This document shows, one piece after another, positions 27,534-37,260 of a stretch of 64,000 nt of DNA. Under the pieces are notes generated by a model. The model did no database searches. It was given only the letters and a program-made list of their open reading frames with translations, and was not told the origin of the DNA. Both the position numbers and the translations under genes were made by a program. Source of the DNA: an uncultured Candidatus Saccharibacteria bacterium (GTDB lineage: Bacteria > Patescibacteriota > Minisyncoccia > UBA6257 > WO2-44-18); the NCBI GenBank assembly GCA_964637575.1, contig CAZWVU010000003.1, forward strand, positions 1,586 to 65,585, written 5' to 3'. Position 1 is the first letter of the stretch, and the number at the start of each line of letters is the position of its first letter.

Positions 27534-27887
27534 ATGGACAATGCAAAGCCGCTGATTTCCGGCGCGGTGTTTTGTCTCTGCGTCGCGGCCACGGCGTTGT
27601 GCGGAATGACCATATCCGAAGATTTCCCCTGGGCATTTATGCTGTATGGAAGCGGGGCAGGAGCGCTGATCGGCCTTAAAACCGACGTGAAGGAATACGG
27701 CTGGCCGGCGATGTACGGCGTTCTCGGAGCGCTTCTCGCGGCGATGGTTCTTTTCGGACGGCAGCACGTGCTGTGGTTTGCCGCGATGCTCTTCATCGCC
27801 CTCGCCGCCGCCTCGGTGCTGCTCGCGAAAAAGTTCATCACTGGCGTGCAGGAGCAGTATCGGAGCAGTCTGAAAATCCCCCGTTAA
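27534..27887 (+). CDS. Hypothetical membrane protein (about 4 TM)
   Basis: GAGG RBS; hydrophobic. Confidence 0.55.
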   Translation: MDNAKPLISGAVFCLCVAATALCGMTISEDFPWAFMLYGSGAGALIGLKTDVKEYGWPAMYGVLGALLAAMVLFGRQHVLWFAAMLFIALAAASVLLAKKFITGVQEQYRSSLKIPR

Positions 27888-27918
27888 CGGGGGATTTTTT
27901 TGTGGTCCTTCGACGCGT

Positions 27919-28932
27919 TCAGGATAAACCGATTTTCTTTTTGACCGCCAGCATTTTTTTCTTGGCGATCTCATGGGCTTTTTTGGAGCCGGCAGCCAGC
28001 ATAGTTTTAACGGCTGTCATTTTCAGCTTCGCCTTTCGGGCGCGGAAAGGTTCACAATATTCAATGACCACTTCGGCGAGACGCTTCTTGAAATCCGCGT
28101 AACCTTTGCCGGAAAATTCCGCTTCCACCTCGGGAATAGTCAGTCCGGAGAGCTCGGAGTAGATCATCATCAGATTGGATACCGCAGCCTTATTCTGCGG
28201 ATCAAACTTCACTCCGCTGCCGGAGTCGGTAACCGCCGTTCGGATTTTCTTTTCAATTTCTTCGGGCGAATCACTAAGAAACAGGCATCCCGCCGGCCGC
28301 GATTTGGACATCTTTTTCGCCGGATCATCGAGCGACATTACGCGGGGGAGATTGGTGAGTAATTCCTTCGGTTCGGCGAACATTGGGCCGAATTTGGAAT
28401 TGAATTTGCGCGCCAGCGTGCGGACGAGCTCAAGATGCTGAAGCTGATCATGGCCGACCGGTACGAATTTCGCGTCAAACATCAACACGTCAGCAGCCAT
28501 CAATACCGGGTAGGCGAACAGGCCGACATTAATATTTTCCTTCTGATCGCCGGACTTATCTTTGAACTGCGTCATGCGGCTCAACTCTCCCATTGGAGTG
28601 ATGGTCTCCAGAATCCAGGCGAGTTCCGGGGCGTGATGGACGACGGATTGCTGGAAAATGACGGATTTTTTCGGATCCAGGCCGGCGGAGAGATAGCTCG
28701 CGGCCAAATCCAGAATCTGGGCCGACTTAATGGATGGATTCCAGTCGGAGACTGGTCCGCCTCCGGCGGAAAAATCCTCGGTCAGTGAGTGATAATCAGC
28801 GATGAAAAAGTAGCACTGGTATTTGCCGGAATTTTGGAGCGCGACGAAATTCTTGAGCGCGCCGAGATAGTTGCCGAGATGGAGCGGGCCAGTGGGTTGA
28901 ATGCCGGATATCAGGATAGGCTTAGAAGACAT
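27919..28932 (-). CDS. trpS: Tryptophan--tRNA ligase
   Basis: SGIQPTGPLHLGNY, YPVLMAAD, VPVGHDQLQHLE, KMSKS. Confidence 0.97.
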   Translation of the reverse strand: MSSKPILISGIQPTGPLHLGNYLGALKNFVALQNSGKYQCYFFIADYHSLTEDFSAGGGPVSDWNPSIKSAQILDLAASYLSAGLDPKKSVIFQQSVVHHAPELAWILETITPMGELSRMTQFKDKSGDQKENINVGLFAYPVLMAADVLMFDAKFVPVGHDQLQHLELVRTLARKFNSKFGPMFAEPKELLTNLPRVMSLDDPAKKMSKSRPAGCLFLSDSPEEIEKKIRTAVTDSGSGVKFDPQNKAAVSNLMMIYSELSGLTIPEVEAEFSGKGYADFKKRLAEVVIEYCEPFRARKAKLKMTAVKTMLAAGSKKAHEIAKKKMLAVKKKIGLS

Positions 28933-28936
28933 AGCT

Positions 28937-29040
28937 TTAATTGTAAATTTTAAATTTGAAATTTACAATTTTTAATAAATGTCCAATTTGTAAATTTAAA
29001 AATTAGAATATTTAAAATTTTAAATTGGTAATTGAAAATT
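28937..29040. repeat. AT-rich degenerate heptamer array (intergenic)
   Basis: AAATTTT AAATTTG AAATTTA CAATTTT ... 7-nt period. Confidence 0.7.
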
Positions 29041-29044
29041 CTCG

Positions 29045-30844
29045 CTATATCTCTATGATCACGGGCAGGATCATCGGCCGGCGTTTGGTTTTGCTGTAGA
29101 GCAGATTGCCGATCTGATCGCGGAGCAGAGTTTTGAGGTAGTCGGTTTCCATGCCGCTCTTGTCGGTCGGCACGCGGCCCACCAATCCGCGGATCTTCCG
29201 GCGGATTTCATCGAGCAGTTCCTGGTGTTCTTTGAGATAGATGAATCCCCGGGAAATGATATCCGGGTTCTTGAGGACGCGGGCATTGGTTCTGTCGAGC
29301 GTCAGGATGATCACGATCATGCCCTCCTGGGCGAGTGTGCGGCGGTCGCGCAGCACCACTTCCTCGACGTCGCCGACGCCGAGACCGTCCACCATCACGT
29401 AATACGACGGGACTTCCTCCTGGGTAATTTTGAAGTCGTCCTTGGTAAGCAGGGCCACCTGTCCGTTGTCCATCATCATGCTGTGTTCCCGGGGGATGCC
29501 GGCTTCCTGCGCGAGGTTGGTGGTAATTTTCCGAAAGAAATAGTAGCCGTGCACCGGCACGATATAGCGTGGCTTCACCAATTTAAAGACGAGCTTCAGG
29601 TCTTCCGCGTGGCAGTGGCCGGAGCTGTGAATGTCGAGGAATTTCGAGTTGTAGAGCTGATCCACCTGGCGGGCGATGTTGTCCTGCAGGGATTGAACGC
29701 TCCGTTCATTGCCCGGCACCACCGAAGAGGAAAAGATTACCATATCGGTCTGCTTGAGGGTGACAACGCGGTGCTCGCCGTTGACGATGCGCATCAGCCC
29801 GGCAGTCGGCTCGCCCTGCGAACCGGTGGTGAGAATCATCACCTTGTCGTCTTTGTGACTGTTGATTTCTTCAATGGGAATGATCGTGCCCTTTTTCGGT
29901 TTGATGTAACCGAGATTCTGGGCGATCTGAAGATTATCTTTCATCGAGCGGCCGTTGAGCGCCACTTTCCGTCCGATTTTTTCGGCAATATAAATAATTT
30001 CACCGAGACGGGAAAGCAGGGAGGCGAAGGTGGCCACGATAATCCGGCCCTTCGCGTTCTTGAAGAGTTTCTCCAGATTTTCTTCCACCACCTTTTCCGA
30101 AACGCCATGGCCTTCGCGGATGGAGTTGGTGCTGTCGATGAAGGCGGTATGAATGTTCATGTCGCCGAGCTTCTCGAAGATTTTCAGGCCGGCTTCGGAA
30201 GGTTTTCCTTCTCTGGTGATGTCGAGCCGGAAGTCGCCGAAGTGCACCATATTGCCGACCGGCGTGTTCAGCACGAAGCCGAGGCCGTCCGGAATGGTGT
30301 GGGCGATATCGAAAAATTCCGCGTGGAAATTTTCCGAGATGCGGACTTTATCGCCGTGCTTCACTACCTGGAATTTCAGCTTCGGAAGATTGGGAAATTC
30401 GGCGAAGCGGCGCTCAATGATCGCTTTGGTGAGCGCGGCGGTGTAGATCGTCGGATTGCCGAGCTTTTCAATAATATAAGGCAGCGCGTGGATGTGATCA
30501 TAGTGCCCGTGGGTAAAGATGATGCCGGCGACATTTTTCTTGCGCTGTTCGAGATAGGTGACGTTGGGAATAATGTAGTCCACGCCCGGCGTTTCTTCCT
30601 CCGGGAACTGGATGCCGACGTCCACGACGACAATTTCGTTTTTATATTCGAAGAATGAGCAGTTGCGCCCTATTTCTTCCAGGCCGCCGAGCGGCACAAA
30701 GCGGACCGTTTCCTGATCGTACGTTTTTGTGACTGGATTCTCGGCCGGCCGGGTCTTCGAATGTTCCGTGGGGCGGGCATGCCGGGGACCGCCGCTATGC
30801 GGCGGGCGCGGGGCGCCGGTCCGTGGTCTGAAATTTCTTTCCAT
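29045..30844 (-). CDS. rnj: Ribonuclease J
   Basis: PLGGLEEIGRN, THGHYDHI, GSQGEP, HSSGH, RRPMILPV. Confidence 0.96.
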   Translation of the reverse strand: MERNFRPRTGAPRPPHSGGPRHARPTEHSKTRPAENPVTKTYDQETVRFVPLGGLEEIGRNCSFFEYKNEIVVVDVGIQFPEEETPGVDYIIPNVTYLEQRKKNVAGIIFTHGHYDHIHALPYIIEKLGNPTIYTAALTKAIIERRFAEFPNLPKLKFQVVKHGDKVRISENFHAEFFDIAHTIPDGLGFVLNTPVGNMVHFGDFRLDITREGKPSEAGLKIFEKLGDMNIHTAFIDSTNSIREGHGVSEKVVEENLEKLFKNAKGRIIVATFASLLSRLGEIIYIAEKIGRKVALNGRSMKDNLQIAQNLGYIKPKKGTIIPIEEINSHKDDKVMILTTGSQGEPTAGLMRIVNGEHRVVTLKQTDMVIFSSSVVPGNERSVQSLQDNIARQVDQLYNSKFLDIHSSGHCHAEDLKLVFKLVKPRYIVPVHGYYFFRKITTNLAQEAGIPREHSMMMDNGQVALLTKDDFKITQEEVPSYYVMVDGLGVGDVEEVVLRDRRTLAQEGMIVIILTLDRTNARVLKNPDIISRGFIYLKEHQELLDEIRRKIRGLVGRVPTDKSGMETDYLKTLLRDQIGNLLYSKTKRRPMILPVIIEI

Positions 30845-30913
30845 GGTTTATAATGTTTTTATTTTTTGTAATTAAGTAAGTTTAATAAGTTGTACGACTA
30901 TAAAACTTAACTA

Positions 30914-31086
30914 GTGCCGAGGAAGGGATTCCTCCTCCTTCGGCGCTCGCCGGGTAGCTTCGCTACATCGCGAGCGCCTCACCCGGAGCCTGGATTTTTC
31001 AAAAAGCAAAGCAGTTTGCTTTTTGAAAATACCCTTCGAATCCCTTTAAAGAACGATTTAAAAAAATACGAATTTTTTAAATCTTG
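30914..31086 (-). repeat. tRNA-Leu 3'-flanking structured element ending in an 18-bp direct repeat of the tRNA 3' end
   Basis: 30914-30931 equals 31086-31103; inverted 12-nt T-arm copy at 31035-31046; internal hairpins. Confidence 0.8.
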
Positions 31087-31170
31087 TGCCGAGGAAGGGA
31101 TTCGAACCCTTATGCCCTTGCGGGCGCTGGTACCTGAAACCAGTGCGTCTGCCAGTTCCGCCACCTCGGC
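31087..31170 (-). tRNA. tRNA-Leu(CAG)
   Basis: Cloverleaf with CTGGT-TTCAGGT-ACCAG and a long variable arm. Confidence 0.95.
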
Positions 31171-31296
31171 TTGTAAAAAAAGATGAGAACCAATTTATGG
31201 CAACACCTGAATAGGTCCTAAGGGCGCATTCAGCTGTCGCAATAAGGAGGAATTAACGTTATCTACAATATACTCGGCGGGTGCCGGAAAGTCAAA

Positions 31297-32313
31297 CTAG
31301 GGAGACGTGTGGTAATCCTGATTCACTTTATTATAGATAAGGCTCGAAAGGTCGCTGATCGTGCCGGCCAGGTCGGTAAAATTCTGGCCTTTTGTCATAA
31401 TACACAACAGATAAGGATGGTTGGGGTAATAGACAATGCCGCAATCATGAAGCTCGCGGAAAGAGACCGCTCCGGTCTGGTCATCATAGACCGTCCGTTC
31501 CCCGAATTTGTCGGCAAGCTCTGTCCCTTTCGGCAAACCGTTTAAAATACCCTGGGGAAAATCCGGCGAGCTCAATAATTCCATGGCCTTTTCGGAGAAT
31601 TCCCGGTTGAGATAGGTGGAGTTATAAAGCAGGCGGAAGAAAAAGCCGTATTGCTTGGGGGAAAGAAAGTCCACAACGTTGTTGTTCAGCCCCGGGAAGT
31701 TGATGCCGAGATCCGTATACACTTCCCGCAGCGTGCGGGCATCAATGGATTCATGGAGAAGGCGGGTGGCATTGTTGTCGGAATAGACGATCATCCGGCG
31801 CACGAGTTCTTCGCCGCTATAAAAGTGGCCCGCTTCGATAGCCTCGAGCGGCTTTATGCTCTCGGCCTTGTTGTCGTCAAAACTGCCGTCATAGAAAAAC
31901 TGTTTGGTCAGCAGCTCCGGATGATCTTCCGCGAGGCGGAAATACGCGATCATGGTCGGCACCTTTAAAAGACTCGCGGGAGCGAACGTCTCATTTTCAT
32001 TGATGCCCATCCAGTGATCGACATTCAGGTCGCGGAAGTACACCGCGACATCGGAAGCCAGGCCACTTTCTTTTTTCTGATTGATCAGATCGGTGACTGC
32101 GGTTTCCAGCGGTTTGTACTGCTGGAACTCCACATTGCCCGTATTCCGGCAGAGCAGGACGGGATTGATATATTGATATTTTCCCGTTTCGCGAAGCGTC
32201 GCATCCTGCGCCAGAATCTGGGATCCGGGTTTTATCAGCCAGGCAAAAAGAAATCCCGCGCCGAGAAGGAGGAGCGTCGGAGTGAATCGTTTTATTGTGT
32301 GACGCTGCAACAT
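31297..32313 (-). CDS. Class A beta-lactamase-like serine hydrolase, membrane-anchored
   Basis: PASLLK (SxxK), SDN, DKFG; N-terminal TM. Confidence 0.87.
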   Translation of the reverse strand: MLQRHTIKRFTPTLLLLGAGFLFAWLIKPGSQILAQDATLRETGKYQYINPVLLCRNTGNVEFQQYKPLETAVTDLINQKKESGLASDVAVYFRDLNVDHWMGINENETFAPASLLKVPTMIAYFRLAEDHPELLTKQFFYDGSFDDNKAESIKPLEAIEAGHFYSGEELVRRMIVYSDNNATRLLHESIDARTLREVYTDLGINFPGLNNNVVDFLSPKQYGFFFRLLYNSTYLNREFSEKAMELLSSPDFPQGILNGLPKGTELADKFGERTVYDDQTGAVSFRELHDCGIVYYPNHPYLLCIMTKGQNFTDLAGTISDLSSLIYNKVNQDYHTSP

Positions 32314-32324
32314 GGGAAAGTTTG

Positions 32325-32396
32325 TGCCGACGGGAGGGATCGAACCTCCGACCCGACGCTTATGAAACGTCTGCTCTGCCACTGAGCTACGTCGGC
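32325..32396 (-). tRNA. tRNA(CAU), probably elongator Met
   Basis: GACGT-TTCATAA-GCGTC; paired G1-C72. Confidence 0.88.
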
Positions 32397-32478
32397 GAAT
32401 ATTTATAAATGTAAGGAAATTGACGGTCTTTTACAATAGTTGTACGTTGGGGGTAGCTGGTTGAAAGGAGAAGCGGCG

Positions 32479-33027
32479 GTGCGGAAAACCTGCCTGGTCG
32501 GATTCATCTGCCATTCACCTGCCGAGCAAAATAAGTGTTTCGAAATCGCGGAGCGGTTTTTTGACGCACGGGGTGTCAGAATTTTCCGTCGCGACGCCCT
32601 CTATCCGGCGCGCGCGACGCAAAAAGTGATTCATGCGATGCTCGGCCTCCCGGATCCGGGAAACACGGCCGATCCCCAGACATTCGCGTTGGATGAACAT
32701 TTTTTCCATTACTTTCTCGAATTGTACGAAGCGCGCCATCTTGGCGCGTATCTGAAAAATTGCATTCAACAGATCCAGCGAGCACATGGGGAATGTCCGG
32801 TCGCGGTGATTACCACGGATGCCCGCAACAAAGTCTCTTCGACCATGCGGGAGCTTGGTTATGCGATCGTCCGGCTGGAGCCGCCGGTTCCCTTCGAGCG
32901 GGAAGAGGTGCGGTACGAAAACGTGATCGAAGAAGATTACTGTATCGCCCGGAAGGACTTTTCGAAAAAACCGAAGGCCATCATCACTGCCATTCTGGAA
33001 AAAATAATTAAAGATAAGAGAGCATGA
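32479..33027 (+). CDS. Hypothetical protein, possibly a degenerate dNMP-kinase-like fold
   Basis: AAAGGAG RBS with GTG start; VAVITTDAR...RELGYAIVRL pattern; no intact P-loop. Confidence 0.5.
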   Translation: MRKTCLVGFICHSPAEQNKCFEIAERFFDARGVRIFRRDALYPARATQKVIHAMLGLPDPGNTADPQTFALDEHFFHYFLELYEARHLGAYLKNCIQQIQRAHGECPVAVITTDARNKVSSTMRELGYAIVRLEPPVPFEREEVRYENVIEEDYCIARKDFSKKPKAIITAILEKIIKDKRA

Positions 33028-33037
33028 ACTCTCTTTT

Positions 33038-33280
33038 TTATTTTGTCCGGATTAAGGCGAGTTTATCTTTCCGCGATAATTTTTTTATTTCCGCTTCACG
33101 CGTAAGCGCTTCGGATCGCGTAGCGAATTTCTCCATGTATACAATTTTATCAGCACCCCGGCTCCTGGTGTACGCGCCGCCCCTTCCATTTTTGTGAGCA
33201 GCGAGGCGTTTTTGAACATCGTTCGTGATGCCGGTATAAATGCTTTTGTCTCCGCAAAGTAATAGATACACAAACCACAT
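33038..33280 (-). CDS. Small GIY-YIG nuclease (UPF0213-like)
   Basis: WFVYLLLC.DKSIYTGITND...RL..HKNGRGGAYTR...ALTREAEIKK. Confidence 0.92.
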   Translation of the reverse strand: MWFVYLLLCGDKSIYTGITNDVQKRLAAHKNGRGGAYTRSRGADKIVYMEKFATRSEALTREAEIKKLSRKDKLALIRTK

Positions 33281-33333
33281 GTACTAAGACTAACAAAACG
33301 CAAAAGCGCCCATTGGGGCGCCTTGCATTTCGG

Positions 33334-33409
33334 TTGCGGGGGCGGGATTTGAACCCGCGATCTACAGGTTATGGGCCTGTCGAGATAGACCAAGCTTCTC
33401 CACCCCGCC
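33334..33409 (-). tRNA. Initiator tRNA-fMet(CAU), atypical
   Basis: 1:72 mismatch (G/A), A11-U24, anticodon arm ACAGG-CCCATAA-CCTGT. Confidence 0.88.
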
Positions 33410-33486
33410 CCCATAAACTACCACAAACATTGAAAAAATCAAAATAGCGGCTTACAATCCGTATAGTTCTTAGAAAGGAAGTTTGT

Positions 33487-34080
33487 ATGGTACGCGGCCG
33501 GTTTGTCTGGGATCAATTTGAACGGTTGATCGAAAAAGAATTTCATTCCGCCGCCGGCTTTTCCAGGCACGAATTCGAGGCGCTGGTGCCGGAACCGAAG
33601 CGGAAAAACGGCGCGCTGCTCATCGTGTCGGAAATCTGCGTGAATCTGCATCTTCAGTGCGAGCTCCTGGGCATCGCCAACCGGATGACCCTGGAAAGTG
33701 ACTGCACGATGAATCAGCACCACAACATCATTCTTCCTCCGCAGGGACTTCTCTACTGGCGATACGAAGTGGAAGACGGCGACAAAACGCTTTCGCTTTC
33801 CACCGAGGCCGCGCTGGAAGTCTTCGCGCGCGAAGGCAGAATCGCCTGCGTGACTGCTGAAGTGCTCGCGATCTACCGGGAAAATCCGGAAGTGCTCTTC
33901 GGTGAGCGGGGACATTTCATTGACGCTGCCGGTTCCCGGCTCGGGAACCGCATGCCCGGTCTTTGTCATGTGGACAACACGGAAGACCGCCACACGAAAA
34001 AAGAAGTGACGCTGATGGCGAACAATCCCTCGGACAACGGTTTCCGGCGGTGGGGCGCCGCCTCCTGCAAGGCGGAATAG
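33487..34080 (+). CDS. DUF5701-like protein
   Basis: YWRYEVEDG...GR..CVTAE.LA...PE.L...GSR...MP.L...WGAASC pattern, recognised from memory. Confidence 0.6.
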   Translation: MVRGRFVWDQFERLIEKEFHSAAGFSRHEFEALVPEPKRKNGALLIVSEICVNLHLQCELLGIANRMTLESDCTMNQHHNIILPPQGLLYWRYEVEDGDKTLSLSTEAALEVFAREGRIACVTAEVLAIYRENPEVLFGERGHFIDAAGSRLGNRMPGLCHVDNTEDRHTKKEVTLMANNPSDNGFRRWGAASCKAE

Positions 34081-34133
34081 CAGATACCAACCCCGTAATT
34101 CTTACGGGGTTTTTTATTTGGTATACTGACGAC

Positions 34134-34859
34134 ATGTCAAAAACCATCATCGCCAACTGGAAATTAAACCCCGCGACTATTGCTGAAGCGAAAAAACTTG
34201 CGAAAGAAAGCGATATCGCCGGACTGATTATCTGCCCGCCATTTCCTTATATAGAAGACGTTGCGGCTTCGCTTAAAAAATCCAAACTCGGGGCGCAGGA
34301 TCTTTTTTGGGAGGAAAAAGGAGCCTTTACCGGGGAAGTTTCCGGAAGCCAGATGAAAGAGCTTGGCATCGAATATGTAATCATCGGCCATTCCGAGCGC
34401 CGGCAGAATCTGGGGGAGACTGATGATATGGTGGCGAAGAAAGTATTCGCGGCCATGCAGGACGGCCTTACTCCGGTGCTCTGCGTCGGCGAAACCCGGG
34501 CGGAGCGGGACAAAAATAAAACGAAAGAAGTCGTGGAGCGCGAGCTGCGGATCGGATTGTCGAAAGTGCTGCACGAAAAGAAAGAAGCGATTATTGCCTA
34601 CGAACCAATCTGGGCGATCGGAACGGGAAGTCCGGACAGTGCGCAGAACATGGTGGAAATGGTACGCTATATAAGAGAACTCCTGAAGGGGATTGGATCC
34701 CAGCTGACCGTGCGGATCATTTACGGGGGATCGGTGAAAAGCGGCAATGCCCGGCAATTCATGGAGCAGAAGGAAATTGAAGGGGCGCTGGTGGGAGGGG
34801 CGAGTCTCAGCGGAGAAGAAATAAAAAATATCGTCGCAATCGCGGAGCAGTATCAATAA
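34134..34859 (+). CDS. tpiA: Triosephosphate isomerase
   Basis: ANWK, GAFTGEVS, IGHSERR, AYEPIWAIGTG, YGGSV, LVGGASL. Confidence 0.97.
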   Translation: MSKTIIANWKLNPATIAEAKKLAKESDIAGLIICPPFPYIEDVAASLKKSKLGAQDLFWEEKGAFTGEVSGSQMKELGIEYVIIGHSERRQNLGETDDMVAKKVFAAMQDGLTPVLCVGETRAERDKNKTKEVVERELRIGLSKVLHEKKEAIIAYEPIWAIGTGSPDSAQNMVEMVRYIRELLKGIGSQLTVRIIYGGSVKSGNARQFMEQKEIEGALVGGASLSGEEIKNIVAIAEQYQ

Positions 34860-34860
34860 C

Positions 34861-35622
34861 ATGCCTGTACGATCGGATACCATTAAAAACATATTCTGGA
34901 TTTTGCTGGACGTCGCGCTGGTCGGCCTGATTGTGTTTGGCGGATTTTTCGCCAATGCCCTGTGGCGCTACGGCCACGGAGTCCCGCCCGCCAAAACCAT
35001 TACGGTCAGCGCGCAGGGCAAGGCGGCAGTGGTGCCGGATCTTGCTACCGTCAACTTTTCGCTTATCGCCGAAGGAACCGATCCGGTGAAACTCCAGAAT
35101 GACAACACGGGGAAAGTGAATGACGTGATCGACTACATCAAAAGCCAGGGCATCGACCCCAAAGATATCAAGACGACCGGCTACAACCTGACTCCGAAGT
35201 ACACCTACAACCCGCGCAGCGGGAGAAGTTCCATCGAGGGGTATATCCTCACGCAATCGGTGGAGATTAAAATCCGCGACTTTTCAAAAATCAGTCCGAT
35301 TCTCGCGGCACTTCCCGGGAAGGGGATCAATGACATCAACGGTCCGCAATTCAGCGTGGAAGATCCGGACAAATACCTGAACCAGGCCCGCGAAGAAGCG
35401 TTCGGCAAGGCGCGCGACAAGGCGCAGGCCATTGCCGGTTTTGCCCATGTCCATCTTGGGAGCGTCGTAACCTTCAATGAATCCACGGGCGGATATCCGC
35501 CGCCGATTATGTATGCGGCACTGGAGAAAAATGCCGCCCCCGTCCCCGCGCCGGCCCCCACCATCGAACCGGGAAGCCAGGAAGTCACTCTGCAGATCAG
35601 CGTGACATACGAAATCTGGTAG
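34861..35622 (+). CDS. SIMPL (DUF541) domain protein
   Basis: ITVSAQGKAAVVPD...AREEAFGKARDKA...IEPGSQEV. Confidence 0.88.
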   Translation: MPVRSDTIKNIFWILLDVALVGLIVFGGFFANALWRYGHGVPPAKTITVSAQGKAAVVPDLATVNFSLIAEGTDPVKLQNDNTGKVNDVIDYIKSQGIDPKDIKTTGYNLTPKYTYNPRSGRSSIEGYILTQSVEIKIRDFSKISPILAALPGKGINDINGPQFSVEDPDKYLNQAREEAFGKARDKAQAIAGFAHVHLGSVVTFNESTGGYPPPIMYAALEKNAAPVPAPAPTIEPGSQEVTLQISVTYEIW

Positions 35623-35628
35623 CGCCTT

Positions 35629-36264
35629 ATGTATCTCACCGCTTCTGATGGAGTAAGGATCGCGTACGATTACTATCAGACGGACCAGCCGAAGAGATAT
35701 CTTCTCCTCATTCATATGATGCCGGCCACGAAGGAATCGTGGAAGAATTTTGCGGAGCAGATGCAGGACGCCGGTTTTGCCAGCCTTGCAATTGACCTCC
35801 GCGGACACGGACAATCCGACGGCGGCCCGGACGGTTTTCAAAATTTTTCCGATGCGGAACACCAGAAAAGCATCGCCGACGTGGAGGTGGCACTCGGCTT
35901 TTTGAAGGAACAGGGCGCGTCATGGGAATCAATCGCACTCATCGGCGCGTCCATCGGGGCGAATCTCGCACTGTGGGCGATGGCTAATCATGCAGTCATC
36001 AAAAAAGCAGCGCTCCTATCCGCCGGCCTGGATTACCGAGGCATCCAGGCGCCGCCGCTGATCCGCCGTTTGTCCGCCAATCAACAATTGCTGTTGATCG
36101 CCGGCAAAGACGATAATGATAATGCCGCGATGAATGAAACTCTCTCCGCCCACGCGCCGGCGGGAGTTACCTGCAACCTTATGATTGTGGAGCGCGGCGG
36201 GCACGGCACGGCGCTTTTGCCGCAGGTGACCCCGGTGATCCGGGACTTTCTCCTCGGTCAATAA
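35629..36264 (+). CDS. Alpha/beta hydrolase
   Basis: DLRGHG, GASIG nucleophile elbow, GHGT. Confidence 0.88.
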   Translation: MYLTASDGVRIAYDYYQTDQPKRYLLLIHMMPATKESWKNFAEQMQDAGFASLAIDLRGHGQSDGGPDGFQNFSDAEHQKSIADVEVALGFLKEQGASWESIALIGASIGANLALWAMANHAVIKKAALLSAGLDYRGIQAPPLIRRLSANQQLLLIAGKDDNDNAAMNETLSAHAPAGVTCNLMIVERGGHGTALLPQVTPVIRDFLLGQ

Positions 36265-36300
36265 GGCCTTGTGGGAGAAAGAGTATGCTATAATTGTTCT

Positions 36301-36927
36301 ATGATTAAAAAATTACTCACTACAACGGTCGCGCTAGCTTTTGCGCTACAGGTCGGAGCGCAGACGGCGCCAACCAATCATATGCCGGACAACGATCAGG
36401 GACCGGCCAATCATGACGGGCTCAAAGCCCAGATAGAGGCCAAGCGGGCCGATTTGCAAAAGAAAATCCAGGCAATCAAAGACGCCAAAAAACAGGCGGC
36501 CTTGCAGAGAATCCAAAATGAAATTGACCGGATCAATAAATCCCGCACCGATCACTACACCGCGGTAACAGACCAGATTGAAAAGGTGCTGAACCGGATT
36601 ACTTCCCGGACGGACAAAGCGGCCGCGAAAGGCCTCGATGTTTCAAGCGTCCGCACCGCGATTGACGCCGCGAAAACGGCGATTGCCGCTGCCCGCGCCG
36701 CCATCGCCACGCAGGCCGCGAAGACCTACACGCTGACGATTACTACTCAAGTGAAATTGAGAGCCGACGTGAAAGCGACCCGCGACCAGATCCACAGCGA
36801 TCTCATGAAAGTTCAAAACCTTGTGAAGGCCGCCCGGCAGGCTGTCCAGAACGCAGCGACGATGCTCGCCCAGCTTCACGGCGTTGATGATGATAACGCC
36901 ACTTCCACTCCGGCAAACCATCAATAA
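36301..36927 (+). CDS. Secreted coiled-coil protein
   Basis: Signal peptide; Ala/Lys-rich helices. Confidence 0.65.
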   Translation: MIKKLLTTTVALAFALQVGAQTAPTNHMPDNDQGPANHDGLKAQIEAKRADLQKKIQAIKDAKKQAALQRIQNEIDRINKSRTDHYTAVTDQIEKVLNRITSRTDKAAAKGLDVSSVRTAIDAAKTAIAAARAAIATQAAKTYTLTITTQVKLRADVKATRDQIHSDLMKVQNLVKAARQAVQNAATMLAQLHGVDDDNATSTPANHQ

Positions 36928-36932
36928 ATACC

Positions 36933-37148
36933 ATGAATAAAACATTACTTATCGTACTTGTTCTCGCAGTCGTGGTAGTCGGCATCTGGATGCTGAGTTC
37001 ATCTTCACAGGCGCCGCAGCAGCAGGCTTCCGTACAGCAGCCGGCAAATGATACCGTCGCGGCGATCAACAGCGATCTCAATTCGATCAATGTGAATGAC
37101 CTCGACCAGGATTTTCAGAGCGTCAATTCCGATCTGAACACGCTTTAA
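36933..37148 (+). CDS. Small membrane-anchored protein
   Basis: N-terminal TM; INSDLNSI/VNSDLNTL repeat. Confidence 0.6.
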   Translation: MNKTLLIVLVLAVVVVGIWMLSSSSQAPQQQASVQQPANDTVAAINSDLNSINVNDLDQDFQSVNSDLNTL

Positions 37149-37151
37149 TCA

Positions 37152-37160
37152 GTTATCCAC
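37152..37160 (+). promoter_or_regulatory. DnaA-box consensus TTATCCACA
   Basis: Exact 9-mer; a second copy lies on the minus strand at 62166-62174. Confidence 0.4.
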
Positions 37161-37260
37161 AGCTGCAAAGCCCCCTTTCAAGGGGGCTTTGTGGTATATT
37201 TGAAATCGTGCGTTCTCCAAGTATATAAATTTATAATTTTTTAAATTATTGGAGACGCCA

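Noticed and set aside
28937-29040. CRISPR array or replication origin
   Set aside because: No repeat-spacer structure, no cas genes, and no DnaA-box cluster or dnaA nearby
30914-31103. Prophage or genomic island at tRNA-Leu
   Set aside because: The direct repeats are only about 155 nt apart with no integrase or cargo
32314-32382. Upstream start of the 361-aa serine hydrolase ORF
   Set aside because: It overlaps the tRNA(CAU); ATG 32313 precedes the TM segment
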